Assembly: GCA_038496445.1 (NCBI GenBank)
Contig: JALMLS010000577.1
Span: 372,001 to 436,000 of the forward strand
DNA from: Trichosphaerium sp. ATCC 40318
Lineage: Eukaryota > Protista > Tubulinea
DNA length: 64,000 nt
Reading direction: 5' to 3'
The position numbers and the translations under genes are program-made. Positions 26,047-38,399 of this stretch are shown here, one piece after another (the stretch's first letter is position 1; every line of letters begins with the position of its first letter). The notes beneath the pieces were generated by a model. The model saw nothing but the letters and a program-made list of their open reading frames with translations, had not been told where the DNA came from and made no database searches.

Positions 26047-26761
26047 CTCATTACAACATTTGCTGTTAACATCTTGACACTATAAACAGACTTCAATGCT
26101 CAAAGTTGCTATTTAGTTTTTTATTATTGTGTTACAACTTCGATCTCCATTCTAGACACATAAGCGCCTATATTGAGACCAATGTTAGACCGCCCTTTAA
26201 CATTCAAATGCACTCTTTCTAGGAATAGCGTTCGTAGTTCCCATAGAATCCTATATTTTGCGCAATGGTTCTCATGAAAGGATCAAAAGTTTGAAACATT
26301 TGACACGTACTTCGCAGTTGTATGCCAACTGTCAGGTACCAATCTTAGCGTTAATCTAAAAATATAGCTTGTGAAGCACATGCTTGAACCTACAGCGCAC
26401 GTGCTGCCAGAGGGTAATTTCGAAGGCTATTATTTTGGCTTGAAAATACCCATGATCCACGACGCACTAAGTTTGTGCTGTACTCCTACACGTTCTATTT
26501 TCTACACTGGCAAGCCTTTCGACCGTGTTTGTAGAAATCTAGGTTTAATGCTTATAGGCTCTTTCGTTTGTATTGGTTGAAAATAATTCACAACGTGTTG
26601 TTTTCAATCTACATTGATTGAAATAGAAGTATCATTTTTAGACTAAAACACAGCCAACGAAGTCATCACCTGAGAAAAAGGTAAACAATCGATATCATTG
26701 TGGTGTTGTTTATTTCTAATGAAAAGCGAATTAGATAAAGAGCTATAACACAGAAGAGCCG

Positions 26762-27859
26762 ATGAACAGATTACTCAATCTTCCACTTGAACTACAACTT
26801 GATATTATCGACCTTGATCCAGAAGTGTATTCAAAATGGTCTCTATTATCAAAGTTTACAGCAACTACCACAAGATTCGATAATGACTTGAACAAGCACG
26901 GAAAATGGTTGAAACACAGAACTGTTTATGAACGAGATACCATCAACGGATCAGCAGAAATAGAAGTGAGTGATCACCAAATAAGAACCACAGGTTCTCA
27001 GGTTGTATGCCAAGAATGTTGGAGTCACGGTCAGCTTCACGGAGAGTGCAAGTCTTGGTACGAAAGTGGCCAATTACTAGAGCAAGGGTATATAATCAAT
27101 GGCAAGCTTCATGGTGAATTCAAAGACTGGCATGTCAATGGTCAACTGAGACAACAGTGCAATTACACTCATGGTAAAAAAGATGGCATGCTGTCGGTAT
27201 GGTATTCTAGTGTTCCAAATCGATTAAGGCTACAGTGCCACTTTGTCAATGAGAGAGTGGACGGAGAATTCAAGAGGTGGCATAAAAATGGGCAACTGCA
27301 ACTCCTTTGCTATTACAATAAAAGAGAACCAGAAGTCCCAGGAGCTGCGTATTTCGATGATTGTGGAGTTTATTTCGCTCTTCTCAGCAAGAAGATCGGA
27401 GAGCACAAAGAGTGGTACGATAACGGTCAGATGCAAAGTCATTGTCACTACATCCATGGTGAACTAAATGGAGAAGTAAAGCGATGGTATAAAAACGGCC
27501 AACTTTGTGATCACATGCATTATGTGAATGGTGTACTGGAAGGTGATTGTAAACGTTGGTGTCAAAATGGCCAGATCTATGTACATCAACTATATGAAGA
27601 CGGAAAACTAGAAGGGAAACGCAAAGAGTGGTACAACAATGGTCAATTATGTGAAGAGAGCTACTACTTAAATGGAATACGTGAAGGACAGTACAAGAAA
27701 TGGCATGATAATGGCCAATTGCTTGTAGAAATCTTTTACATCAATGGAATAACGCCAAAGTCCTATATAATGTGGTGGGCAAATGGCGAAATGGTGAGTC
27801 CAGACGATATGAGTCTGCTTTATTCACGTGCTGTATATGGGTATATTACTCAATATTGA
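26762..27859 (+). CDS. F-box-like + MORN-variant repeat protein, copy B (short upstream exon at about 26642-26680)
   Basis: 365-aa ORF; first 76 aa identical to copy A, followed by MORN-variant repeats. Confidence 0.9.
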   Translation: MNRLLNLPLELQLDIIDLDPEVYSKWSLLSKFTATTTRFDNDLNKHGKWLKHRTVYERDTINGSAEIEVSDHQIRTTGSQVVCQECWSHGQLHGECKSWYESGQLLEQGYIINGKLHGEFKDWHVNGQLRQQCNYTHGKKDGMLSVWYSSVPNRLRLQCHFVNERVDGEFKRWHKNGQLQLLCYYNKREPEVPGAAYFDDCGVYFALLSKKIGEHKEWYDNGQMQSHCHYIHGELNGEVKRWYKNGQLCDHMHYVNGVLEGDCKRWCQNGQIYVHQLYEDGKLEGKRKEWYNNGQLCEESYYLNGIREGQYKKWHDNGQLLVEIFYINGITPKSYIMWWANGEMVSPDDMSLLYSRAVYGYITQY

Positions 27860-28806
27860 ACTGCTTAAAACAATGTGCTAGTATCAAGGTTGGTGTCACA
27901 CTCAATTAAGAGGTATGTGTTTAACGGCTAAGTGGGTAGTTTTCAAAAAATAACCGACATTTGCTCAATTACCTTGCACTTAGTGAGTGTCCAAACATAA
28001 TAAAATAATTGATCAAGTATTTGAAATATGTAAATAGACCAGGCAGCACAAACTGGTCGACAAATTGTCAAAAAAAACTTAACGGAATTCCTTATCCAAC
28101 CATGCGTACTAATGAATAGCCGTATCACATTTGCAATCTTCATAATCCTCACTATTTTATTAAACGCTACGGCTTCTTTTAAAAGGCCACTGCGGATTGG
28201 TAGCATGCATGCGACTTTCGGTACTCCATAAGTATACACTAATGATAGCTTGCAGAATTGCATGAGGGCTACCTATGTTTGCAAGCCGTACCAAAAAATC
28301 AGGCTTGCGCTACAAAACAGCGTTATTTCGATTTGCTGCTGTTAATTTGAGTAAACGCAACAGCATTTGGAGTTGACCCGGATTAGAGTAACCAAATCCA
28401 TGTTTAGTGTTATCATTGTTCACCACTGTAAGCATGTACTTCATTTTAAAAACACCACAGTTTTAATTACCTACAAGTAACGCCACACCAAATGCAAGGC
28501 ATGGAGTTTGGAGTAACTACAGAATGGATAGTTAATCTTTTTACCCGTAAGCCAGGTCAACTCCCTTTGGTTAAAAATTAAGCCATATTTCGATCTTGTT
28601 AAACGATACTTGAATTTCTACCAGAATTTTCTTTCGGGAACCTCTGTGATGGGAGTACTTTTGGGGTTCTCAAAAGACTTTAAACCAAAAAAAGTAGAAA
28701 TCACATGGTTCAAAAAAAAAAGCACGTGACACAAGACAAAAAGACTCTAAAAGTTAACTGACTACAGTATAATGAAGGAGCCTTTAGACTTTATTGGTTG
28801 TTGGTG

Positions 28807-29562
28807 TTACTCTTTTCTGTAAGTGTCACCGATAGCGCCATAGGTGATTAAGTTACAAGTATTCATGTAGAACAAGTCACAGACAGTGCCATGGTAGCTT
28901 GCATAATAGTTACATCTTGAATCAGCTGAACACAGTTGTTCACATTCTTCTTGAGTCACAGATGTGTCTTTTGGGAACGTACACTCTCCAGCACCACCCA
29001 ACCATTCACAGTTGGTTATAGTTGATCCAGGGTGGTACCCATTGCAGTAGGCAAAGAGTCCAGAATTGACGGCTTTTCTACATCCTTGACAAGTGCGTGT
29101 TGAGTCAGAGATGACTACGCTGTAATTTCTCGGTGGGCCTGTTGCTTCAACCGTTGGTGGGTCCGCGGATGGTGCTGTAACTTTTTCGAAGGTATCTCCA
29201 GAGACACCGCCAGAAATGAGATTGCAGGAGGTCATGAAGAATAAGTTACAGGTTTCGTCGTTGTAAGTTGTATAGAATCCACATCTAAAGTCCTCGTCGC
29301 ACATTTGTTGGCACTCGGCTTTCGTTACAGAAGTATCTCTTGGGAAGGTACATTCTCCAGGACCTCCCAACCAGTCGCAGTGGGTTATAGTCGATCCAGG
29401 GTGGTATCCATTGCAATAGGCAAAGAGCCCAGAATTGACCGCTTTTCTACATCCTTCACAAGTGAGTGTTGATCCAGAGGCAAGAGTGTTGTAGGTGTTG
29501 GCATAGGAAATCGATAGGAAAGAAACGATACAGACGATAAGGGTTAGAGAAGTACGTGTCAT
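28807..29562 (-). CDS. Intronless secreted protein with two Cys-rich PAN/apple-like repeats
   Basis: Signal peptide MTRTSLTLIVCIVSFLSISYA, then two copies of TC.GCRKAVNSGLFAYCNGYHPGSTIT.C.WLGG.GECTFP.DTSVT..EC.Q.C..D.RC. Confidence 0.8.
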   Translation of the reverse strand: MTRTSLTLIVCIVSFLSISYANTYNTLASGSTLTCEGCRKAVNSGLFAYCNGYHPGSTITHCDWLGGPGECTFPRDTSVTKAECQQMCDEDFRCGFYTTYNDETCNLFFMTSCNLISGGVSGDTFEKVTAPSADPPTVEATGPPRNYSVVISDSTRTCQGCRKAVNSGLFAYCNGYHPGSTITNCEWLGGAGECTFPKDTSVTQEECEQLCSADSRCNYYASYHGTVCDLFYMNTCNLITYGAIGDTYRKE

Positions 29563-31322
29563 CTTGTTGAGAGTTATGGTCGATTGTCCTGTTTTTTTTA
29601 GGTAGCTTAACACATTTGTGTGCACTTGCTTTGTGACAAGAGATAAAACTGAGGTAATGTTTCACATTAACAAGAAAGAGTTAAAAATCCATTGGTAAGA
29701 ATAAGAGATAAACCTAGAGGAAGTAGGCAATGTGGGAACGCAAAAATTATCGGAAATCTGGAAAAACTTCTTACGCCAAAACCCCAAGGATTTTATCTAG
29801 AGTTCACATTTTTTTTAAAACAACCGAAAGACACTGCCACTAAGGACAATACCAAGTTATTTTCAAAGTAGACATGCGGGATTTTTAGGGCTTTGTGTAC
29901 TATTTTCTAGCGACCTTTAAAACATACACATAGTAGGTTAGATCTTTCATACACTAGATATATGTGCGTTATCCTTAAAAAGTGTTTAGACATCAAAGTC
30001 TCTCTTTGTGCTTCATTTTTAGACTTTGAATAAATTGTGATAGTGTTTACAACGGCCTGCAATAACACTACATACTGTTAGAGCGTAATACTGCAGACTG
30101 CGCTCTCGAAGTTCCGAATTGGTCCTGCCCGCTAGTTAACATCATTTCGCGAATGTATAAATAGCGCCATTCGCGAAAAGGTGAAAATGCTCTTTTTAAA
30201 AAATGTTAGTTGACCTGTAATAAAAGCCTGTTCAAAACCTTGACAGATATTCAGTTAATGGCCCGAGACTCATCGGGCTCCGTGAGAGACCGAGATATAA
30301 CGCTATAGCGACCTAAAACTTATGTGTATAGAATAGATAGGCCTAACTTACATATCACTCTTGTTATTCTCCATTTGTGTAATTTCAAAAGAGTGTACAG
30401 CTACCAAATAATGGAACGGTTACTTACACTCCTCTTATCAAACAAAAGAGTTTTGTCTATGTTTGAAAGTTGAAACTTGAAGAAAGTCGCCCGTGAAAGC
30501 AACGGGAAAGTTGTGTGAACCTTGAAGAATTATAAGATCCTAAAGTCAAAAAGTGACTTTACAATCGATAGATATGACAGAACTTCCAAACAAGCCTCAA
30601 AAATGTGATTCATAGCATTACACAGTTTGTCATAGTAATTGTTATGAAGTGTTTTATTTATTACAAGCACGTGATATTATAACCACGTCAAAAAAAAAAT
30701 TTAGTATCTATAGTGGCGCTTACAATATTGTGTTTCTTGCCTGTAATAAATTTGTGTCATTGTTAAAACTGCAAGTTATTTACATAAAAAAAAGAGAATG
30801 TTTCGATATCTAGATAAACTAGATACTTCGCAAGTATTTTTAAAAAACTGTTTCAAAACTCACCTCACATGGTTCAGCGTGATATATTATACCATATGAA
30901 GCTTGTCTTATTTTCGATTATCTAGACTTCGCAAAGCTTAGATAGTTCACAAATATCTAGATAATCTGGAATATCTCAGATATCTAAACACCTCTGTACG
31001 CGTTGAGTACCTACGTTTTGTCGTTTCTGTGTGGGTATACTCTTATCTTGTCAATACCATGAGCGCTACTGCTAGCAAGTGTAGGAAGTACCAGAATAAT
31101 GCATGTGCCCCTTTTTTCCACAGAAACAGCTAGCAAACATGTTTGAGTCAATGCTTTAGTGTTATGTAGTTTGCTGATAGCGTTGTATGATCACGTGAAG
31201 TAGCGCTAATACAAGACGAACATGATTTCTGTAACACACAAGGGTTGCTTGCTGGACCTCATTTATATGAACTATTGGCAATCTGTACAAAATCTAAACG
31301 AGCGTATATTGTCAAAGTTTCT

Positions 31323-33220
31323 CTATTGTAATACAATTGATAATAATGCTGCTGTTGCTGCAACACCATTTTCCATGTAAGGTATATCAAGGTTCTCATT
31401 TGGAGCATGATTCTTCTCGTCAGGTAATGCATAAGGAACAATTACACAAGGTATCTTTAATATCTCAGGAAAATAAAACGTAGGCAATGAGCCACCAAGG
31501 CTCAACTCTTTAAGTGGATCATTTTGGAAAGCACCAGTACAAGCTTTAAAAAAAAATCCTTTAGTGAGAAAAAAAAAGGAATATTGGAGTTTGGGAACTT
31601 ACCTCTTGTTACAAGATTAAACGCTTCTGTGCCAAATGAAGAAGGTGCTGGTTCCATTCCTGACTCAGTTGTTATTGAAACAGAGTTAGGAATTCCTTTA
31701 TCTGTAGCCCAGTCATTGATGAATTTTTCTACAAGCTCAAAAACAGCTTGACTTGAAAGTTTTGGTACAAGACGCATGTCCAAAGATGCCACTGCTTTTT
31801 TTGGTATGACTGTTCTGTAATCTTCACCAACATCACCAGCACGTATACCATTAACATTCATTGTTGGATACTTTTGATTTTGAAACGCATACCTAAGTAT
31901 AGAGTTCAGACTGTGAGTCATGTTATAAAAGAATATCAGCTTACTTTTCTGGCGGATTTATAAGTGGCGCTGGTTCTACTTTCTCTTGTTTAATTAACTC
32001 ATCATAAATAGGATCAAGTATATCTAACGCGGCCTGTTCAATTGGAGTAGGTGGTAAAACGGCATCATAAAAACCAGGACTAGTAAAACAAATGTTAAAT
32101 TGTAAAAAAGTACTGGCTTCGCACATGAGGACTTTGCCATTTGGATCAACCATATCGCTTATTAAAGCTATTAAATCTCGTGTGGCTGATCTAGCAACAC
32201 CTCCCCAGTTACCAGAATGAAGATCAACAGGGTTATGCTCAATTGTTACTTCTGCACCTTTGATACCCCGAGCACTAAGAAACATGTTTACAAAACTCCT
32301 GAGTTTACACTGTTGTTACCTTCCGAGGATACTAGCTGTCGTTGATATTGTAGAAGGGCCATCAGACAAGTATACAAAGTCACTCTTTAGCCTTTCTTTA
32401 TTTTCAGTAATGAACGATTCCATAGTTGGGCTTCCTAAAGATTGTTGTTGTTTGTTACAAAATAAGAAATAAACAAGATTTTTTACCTTTTTCTTCATCT
32501 CCATCAAGTACGAACTTGACGTTGATAGCATTGAATACTGCTGGCTCCTTATCTCTTAAATACCTCAAGGCAAGTAGATGAGCATAATGTTGGCCTTTGT
32601 TATCACCACTTCCACGTCCATACAACTTGTTTCCTTAGCTCATTGTTATTGTAGAAAGTCACTGTACTTACCTATTAGCGTTGCTTCAAAAGGAGGTGTA
32701 TTCCACTCAGAGAGGTTACCAGGAGGTTGAACATCATAGTGACCATACAACAGGACTGTCTTAGACGAAGAACCTAAAGGAAAAGGGAAGCGGTTAAAAG
32801 CACGTGACGAAAATAACCGCTTTGAAAGTACCTTTTTTCTCACCGTACAAAACTGGGTTGGCGGTTGTGTTATGTAGCTAACTAACGTTAAAAAATAAAT
32901 GATATAGTATCTATACGCTTGTACCTCTGTAACTAGCCCAGAATTTTCCATGAGTTGTTTTGCGAACAAAGCGCACTTGTAGACCTCATCACGTTCCAGT
33001 GTGATGCTTGGTAAGTTAATATAAGCTTTCAACTCGTCCAGGTATGGCTTTTCTTTTAAATAAGCCAACACGTTATCCCTTTGGCTTGGCAAATGGTAGG
33101 CAACTATTTTAGGCAGTAAGAAAAAAAAAACGACTATCCACGTTTCTTTGTGCCTTTTACATGTGCATACATGAGAACTATGACTACAACGCTTATACAG
33201 AAATGACAAGCTTTTGACAT
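31323..33220 (-). CDS. M20-family metallopeptidase (ArgE/DapE/dipeptidase-like); start approximate
   Basis: [34 protein letters not shown] and HAPNEN motifs across exons. Confidence 0.9.
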
Positions 33221-33345
33221 CGTATTGAGAGGTAAATAATAAAACTAAAAAACACGTGTCCTTAACAAAAATAGACTATTTATTGAACCAACAAGCCTTT
33301 TAGTCCAAAAGCTATGAAAGTAACTTGCGCTCGTAGGAAGGACAG

Positions 33346-33957
33346 TTACTCCCAATAGAATGGAATGAATAGAGATTTAGAGTCACGTCCTTGCGATGTT
33401 TCAGCGAGAGCAACACCTGTAGCTGCGAGTCTCTGCCCAAATTTTCCAAACACCGCTTGAGCAGTCGCTAAACAAGCTGTTAGTTAGGATGATGATTGGT
33501 CTGTTAGAACAGGCAGTGTACCTGGTGCGAGAGATTCCCATCCTCCGTCGCCCAGCAAGTGAAGTTCAAAGTGAAGCTTAGATTCAGAACAAACACAATT
33601 CGGAGATACTCCATCGTAGTAGTAGACTGTATTCATGATACAGTTATTGTAGTGCATTTTGCTTACTGTAATACTTTTCAACTGGTTCTTAGGATTTGGC
33701 AGCCCATTTACAAAGTCAACAATATGCTCTCCAGCTTGATGCCATGTGGTACTAGCTTCTACAAAGTGTTTTAAATATCGTACTATGTGCCTCTCATTAT
33801 TAGCTTTAGGCTAAAATGTACCTTCGTAGAACACTTTACAACATAGATCACGGTGCTCTGGAGCATCCACAACTGTGATTTTGTTTGCGTTGATTGTAAT
33901 GGTGTACGTTCCTGGCTTTTGTAAGACTAGGTTTGCTTTTGTTGTTGTTTCCTCCAT
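33346..33957 (-). CDS. Small hypothetical protein (3 exons)
   Basis: MEETTTKANLVLQKPGTYT... / ...GGWESLAP / ACLATAQAVFGKFG...IPFYWE*, joined by GT-AG introns. Confidence 0.55.
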
Positions 33958-34246
33958 TCGCAAAGGTTTATTGTGGTTTGTGTGCTGCTTTTGCAGTTCT
34001 CTTTGGTTTTTTCAGTTGCGAACAATGGTTCTCTTACTCAAATTAATGTCTGTTGAGTATTGTTCAGTGAAAAAAAGGCAAAAATCTTTCACTGTAAAGT
34101 TTACGTTTTAGCTAATTGTTTTGTCAAAACACAATTACTTGGTTGATGGGTGTGGTAATATGTCCACCTATCCGGTGGGTTATTTGTAAGTACGCACTTA
34201 GATAACTTTGTCTAACAATGATTTATTATGTGATCATTCCATTCAG

Positions 34247-36719
34247 CTACAAGAGTAGAAACAAGAGAGCTACGATTGCTGACACTGCAGCTTTATCATA
34301 TGTAAAACCACTTGTTGTTTGCGAACTTGGTGCTACTGGGTCCTGAGTAGTCGGAGCTGTTGGCGTTGCTGTGGTGGGGGAAATTGGAGCTGTTGGTGGA
34401 GCTGTTGTCGGAGGCACAGAAGGAGCTATTGTTGTTGGTGCCGTTGGTCCTACTGGGGCAGTTGGTTCTGCCGTAGTCGGAGATACAGTCGTTGGTGCGA
34501 CAGTGGGTGGTGGAGTCGGTGGGAAGTCAAGTAAAGCAGTTCTAGCACGAGATTGTCAATAACCAAGTTGACAATAAAATAAAACGCACTTTTCCCATTC
34601 TTCCAACGTCCTTGAGTATACTCTGAAATCATCGATACATGTACCATTACCACTCAAACCTGTAGCAGTTTCTATAGCAAGATAATAAGTTGTAACCAAT
34701 ATAAAAAGAAACACGTGATACCACGTATTTGAACTATAGTTTGTCGAGCTTTAAAAGCTTTCTAGATATTGTTTAATTCATATACCTCCTATAGTAGGTC
34801 TTCTAGATTGAGTGGTACCAAGTACAGGTGCAGTAACTTCAAAGACTTTTGCTACTTGATCATTGACATACAAAGTAACTTGATTATTAGTGTTAACTAT
34901 TTCAAGCACTATCAGATTCCATGTCCTTGCAGGGGTGTCATCTGTCCAGGCAGTACCACTACAGCTACTACTCACACACATAATCAGCTTGGTTTCGTCA
35001 AAACCGGAGTAAAGCTCCAAACCAACGCTGTTACGATTGTCACGAAAGGTGAGTATTCTTTGACGTTGGTTTTTTTCCCTGCTTAGCCAAAAAGCGATTG
35101 TTAGCGGTGCTGTTTTAATAGCAGTGAAGATATCTTCATCAGCTTTATAGCTTCCATTAGTGTATAAGAACAGACACCATAACCCTTTCGGGTACACTGT
35201 AGCGTACTTAATTCTAGTTGCTTTGCTCCGTCCTCGAAACAAAGTGCACTGTTTGGGTTTCCAAATCGATCAGCTTCAAACTCTGGATCAGTACCAGCGT
35301 TTGTATACATTCCTCCAATCTCGCCTATACCATCAAATGTAATATGAGCCTCTATAATAATAACTTATTAACCCCTTATCAAGTACATTGTAAAAACGTC
35401 TATATAAAAGACGTCTTCTTACCAGGTTCAAGTCCTTGATTAAAAGGTGCAAAAGGAGGATAAGTAAAGTCAAGTTGTGCCGATCTAGAGCGTATTAGTA
35501 TTAGTAACTAAAACAAAAAGAGTCGAGAACCTTTCTGTCGAGTCAAGTGCACTATCCCAGAATTTCATGTCATCTATCGCGTAGCCATTTCCACTTCGGA
35601 TTGCTATCAAAAATAAGAGAATGAAACGTACAAAAAAAAAAAATACAGTCCCTTGGTTACAAAATTTTTTCAACAAAGTCACGTGATCGTGTGTTTGAAA
35701 AACAAGGTCCAATTTGAATACACAATCTAATAGATAACGTACCATCTCCACCAATAATAGGTAAGAAATTAGACGTTGCAGATAATACAGGGCCTCCAGT
35801 AGCTTCAAAATCTTTTGCAAGAACGTTGTTGACGTAGAACTCGATGTTTGTGTTTGCAGATTGAACGACAAACGTCAATAAAAACCATGTTCCTGCAGGT
35901 AAATTATCCAGCCATGCTCTGCCACTGCAAGTGTTTGCTGAACACATTATAATTCCATCTCCATTCGCCCCAACGTAAGCTTCAAAGCCACCATTTTGTG
36001 GGATATCGCGAGTATCGAATATAGGCTGTGAGCGTCTGTATCTACGGCGCATCCAGAAGGAAAGAGTCATAGGAGCGCTTTTAAATAGGCTTTGTATTGT
36101 TGTACTACCTAAAAACGCACGTAAACGCGATGACCAACGTAGAAGAGTCGTTTTTAAAGCGTGTAGCGCGTTTTTTGCGGAAGCCCAATTATGTAGAATT
36201 TTGTCAAAAAAAAGTCAAAAATTCGGCACACTATTTATCCTATATTATGCCATAGGAACTATTTAGCAAGCCCCCTTTTAGGGGGTTTGGGAGAGCAGAG
36301 CCTAGCGGCGACTGAGCGCCATAACCCAGTTGTCTCCCTTTGTGGCGAACAGTTCAATATCACTTCGACATTTCTTCGACTTTTTTTTTTTGACAAGTAT
36401 TTTACCCGTTTTAGTAAAATATCCTTTTCTGTACTGCGTTACGTACTAATGCGAACTGGCTTTGATTCCTCTCCGAAGTATATAGCGCTGTTGGCATTTC
36501 CAAAGCGGTCCTCAACAAAAGTTGGATCTTCCGTTCCTGCCGTTGTTAACAAATCTCCTTCAAAGTCACCATCAAACTTCAAGTGAGCGATTGGATCTAT
36601 TTAACCATCAATACTCTGTTTGTAGTTTTCTTTGATCCCCAACCAGTACCTTGGGCTGTAGCAATAGCAAGCAGTACAAAACATACCAATAAACTGGATT
36701 TTATACCCTTACTGTCCAT
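34247..36719 (-). CDS. Surface protein with two LamG-like (ConA/Laminin_G_3) domains, Pro/Thr stalk and GPI-type tail
   Basis: Signal MDSKGIKSSLLVCFVLLAIATA; two repeats starting EDRFGNANSAIYF and ADRFGNPNSALCF, with T(L/I)(S/A)FW, YVN and IDD motifs; ends VSAIVALLFLLL*. Confidence 0.8.
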
Positions 36720-38399
36720 CTGTTAAGAGTGGAAGGTAAATAAAGTGAATAAATATTGAAATATTTACACGAAACCCGAAGCCCGAAAGCCAGCGAATTT
36801 TCTTATTTGAATGACATCATCCGATAACTGAATTTATGTGTACGCTTCCTAAAAATTTAGTCACTGATCTGTAAAGCAAGCCCACAAAAGAAGGCTACAG
36901 AGCGATCAAACGATTAAACGTTTCTTACGTTCTTGACAATTTGGTATCCGTTTATTGAACGAAAACCAGAAAGGATTAGGAGTGGATCCACTGCTTAATG
37001 CCCGTTAAGTTAAGAATAATATTTCAGTTGAAAAGTATGTGGAATGGGTCAGTTGTTGGGTATTTCACAGGTTCACTTACTGGCTCAGTTATTAATAGAT
37101 ATCAGAGAAATACAGCCAAGAACTTCACGTGATTAAGGTGCTAACTGATAGTAAATACGATGAGCACAATCCAACCAGTTGCCATTTTTTTTTTTGTTTT
37201 ATATGCACAAAAGAATATCGGCTTATCTTATGCGTGGAGTAGTAAGTTCCAACCAATGTACCAAATAACACGAAACGTATTTATTCACGTGTACTCTCTA
37301 CAAGTAGTTTGCTCCTTTGACGGAGGACGCTGTTAACTTTAGAGGCAAAACAAAACCAGCCAACCTGCATATTTACGACAAAACCTACAGACGCTACCAC
37401 ATGAACACCGTGTTAGTGAACTCGATACTACAACTTCGTTTAGTTTTTAAACCTAGAGAAATCGTATGTGAAGACTTAGAAAACTAGATGCTGACATAGC
37501 TGAAAGGGTTGACAGAAGCACTTTCTGATAGTCGAGCGTAGCAACAGCAAAAAATTTCAACACCAGGTACAAGAATAAGTACACCTGAAAGTACTGTAAT
37601 AGTGCTATTGATAACGTATGGACTTTTTAGCAGCAGTCGTACTTCCGTAGATAGTGATGTTACGAAAACGGTTCAACTTGTAATTTAAAAACCATTTTGT
37701 TTGGAATTGTCTTTGGTAAGCGCTTGTGGCATCACACCTACTGTGACCAAAGGACCCCATTGCTGGTTGTTGCCCAAAGACAGGACAAGTGTATTTAATG
37801 TCCTGGTAAGTGGTTAAAACTCTTCTCTCCATGGCTAATACATTACCAGCTGTACGCCTTTAGTGTTCTCGCTTGGGAGGTGGACGTGCGCTTTCACTCA
37901 TTTGTAAGAAATTACTGTACATGTGATTTTCGAGTCAAAAACGACTTCGACTTGAACCAATTTTTTTATTGTTTGCAAAGACCGTTTAAAAGTCGTTTTG
38001 GTAACATCTCTATGCAGATTGTGCAGTCCAATACTGACTATCATAGAAAAACAGAGGCTGTTAATCGCCAATAAATCAACATTTCAATAGAGCCGACATT
38101 ATGAGCAGTCGGTTTCTTATTTACTGTTGGGACACTTTTGGAATAAACTGTTTTTAGTTCGAAGGAGCATGCTTGATCGGTTTAGTAGCCATGGCTCCCG
38201 TAAGTTAAATATAATTCACAAGTCCACTGTCCAGTATTTACACTGTGGTGTGCGTTCGCTTTGGGTTAGTTAATTTATCTGTTTTTAGTTTGGTCTTTCT
38301 AAATTTAGACGTCCTCCAAGAAACAAAGTTACGACCAAACAGACACTGTCTTGATTTGGAATATTGTCACTAAGAGCAAAAAAAAAACTACAGACTTTA

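Noticed and set aside
26044-26085. Stop-codon reassignment (the frame stays open briefly after TAA)
   Set aside because: LSm8 and the Rab end at TAA at their expected C-termini, so the standard code fits.
11032-27859. Endogenous giant-virus segment, suggested by the MORN genes
   Set aside because: MORN genes are interspersed with intron-rich host genes and have their own 5' introns; no NCLDV core genes are visible.
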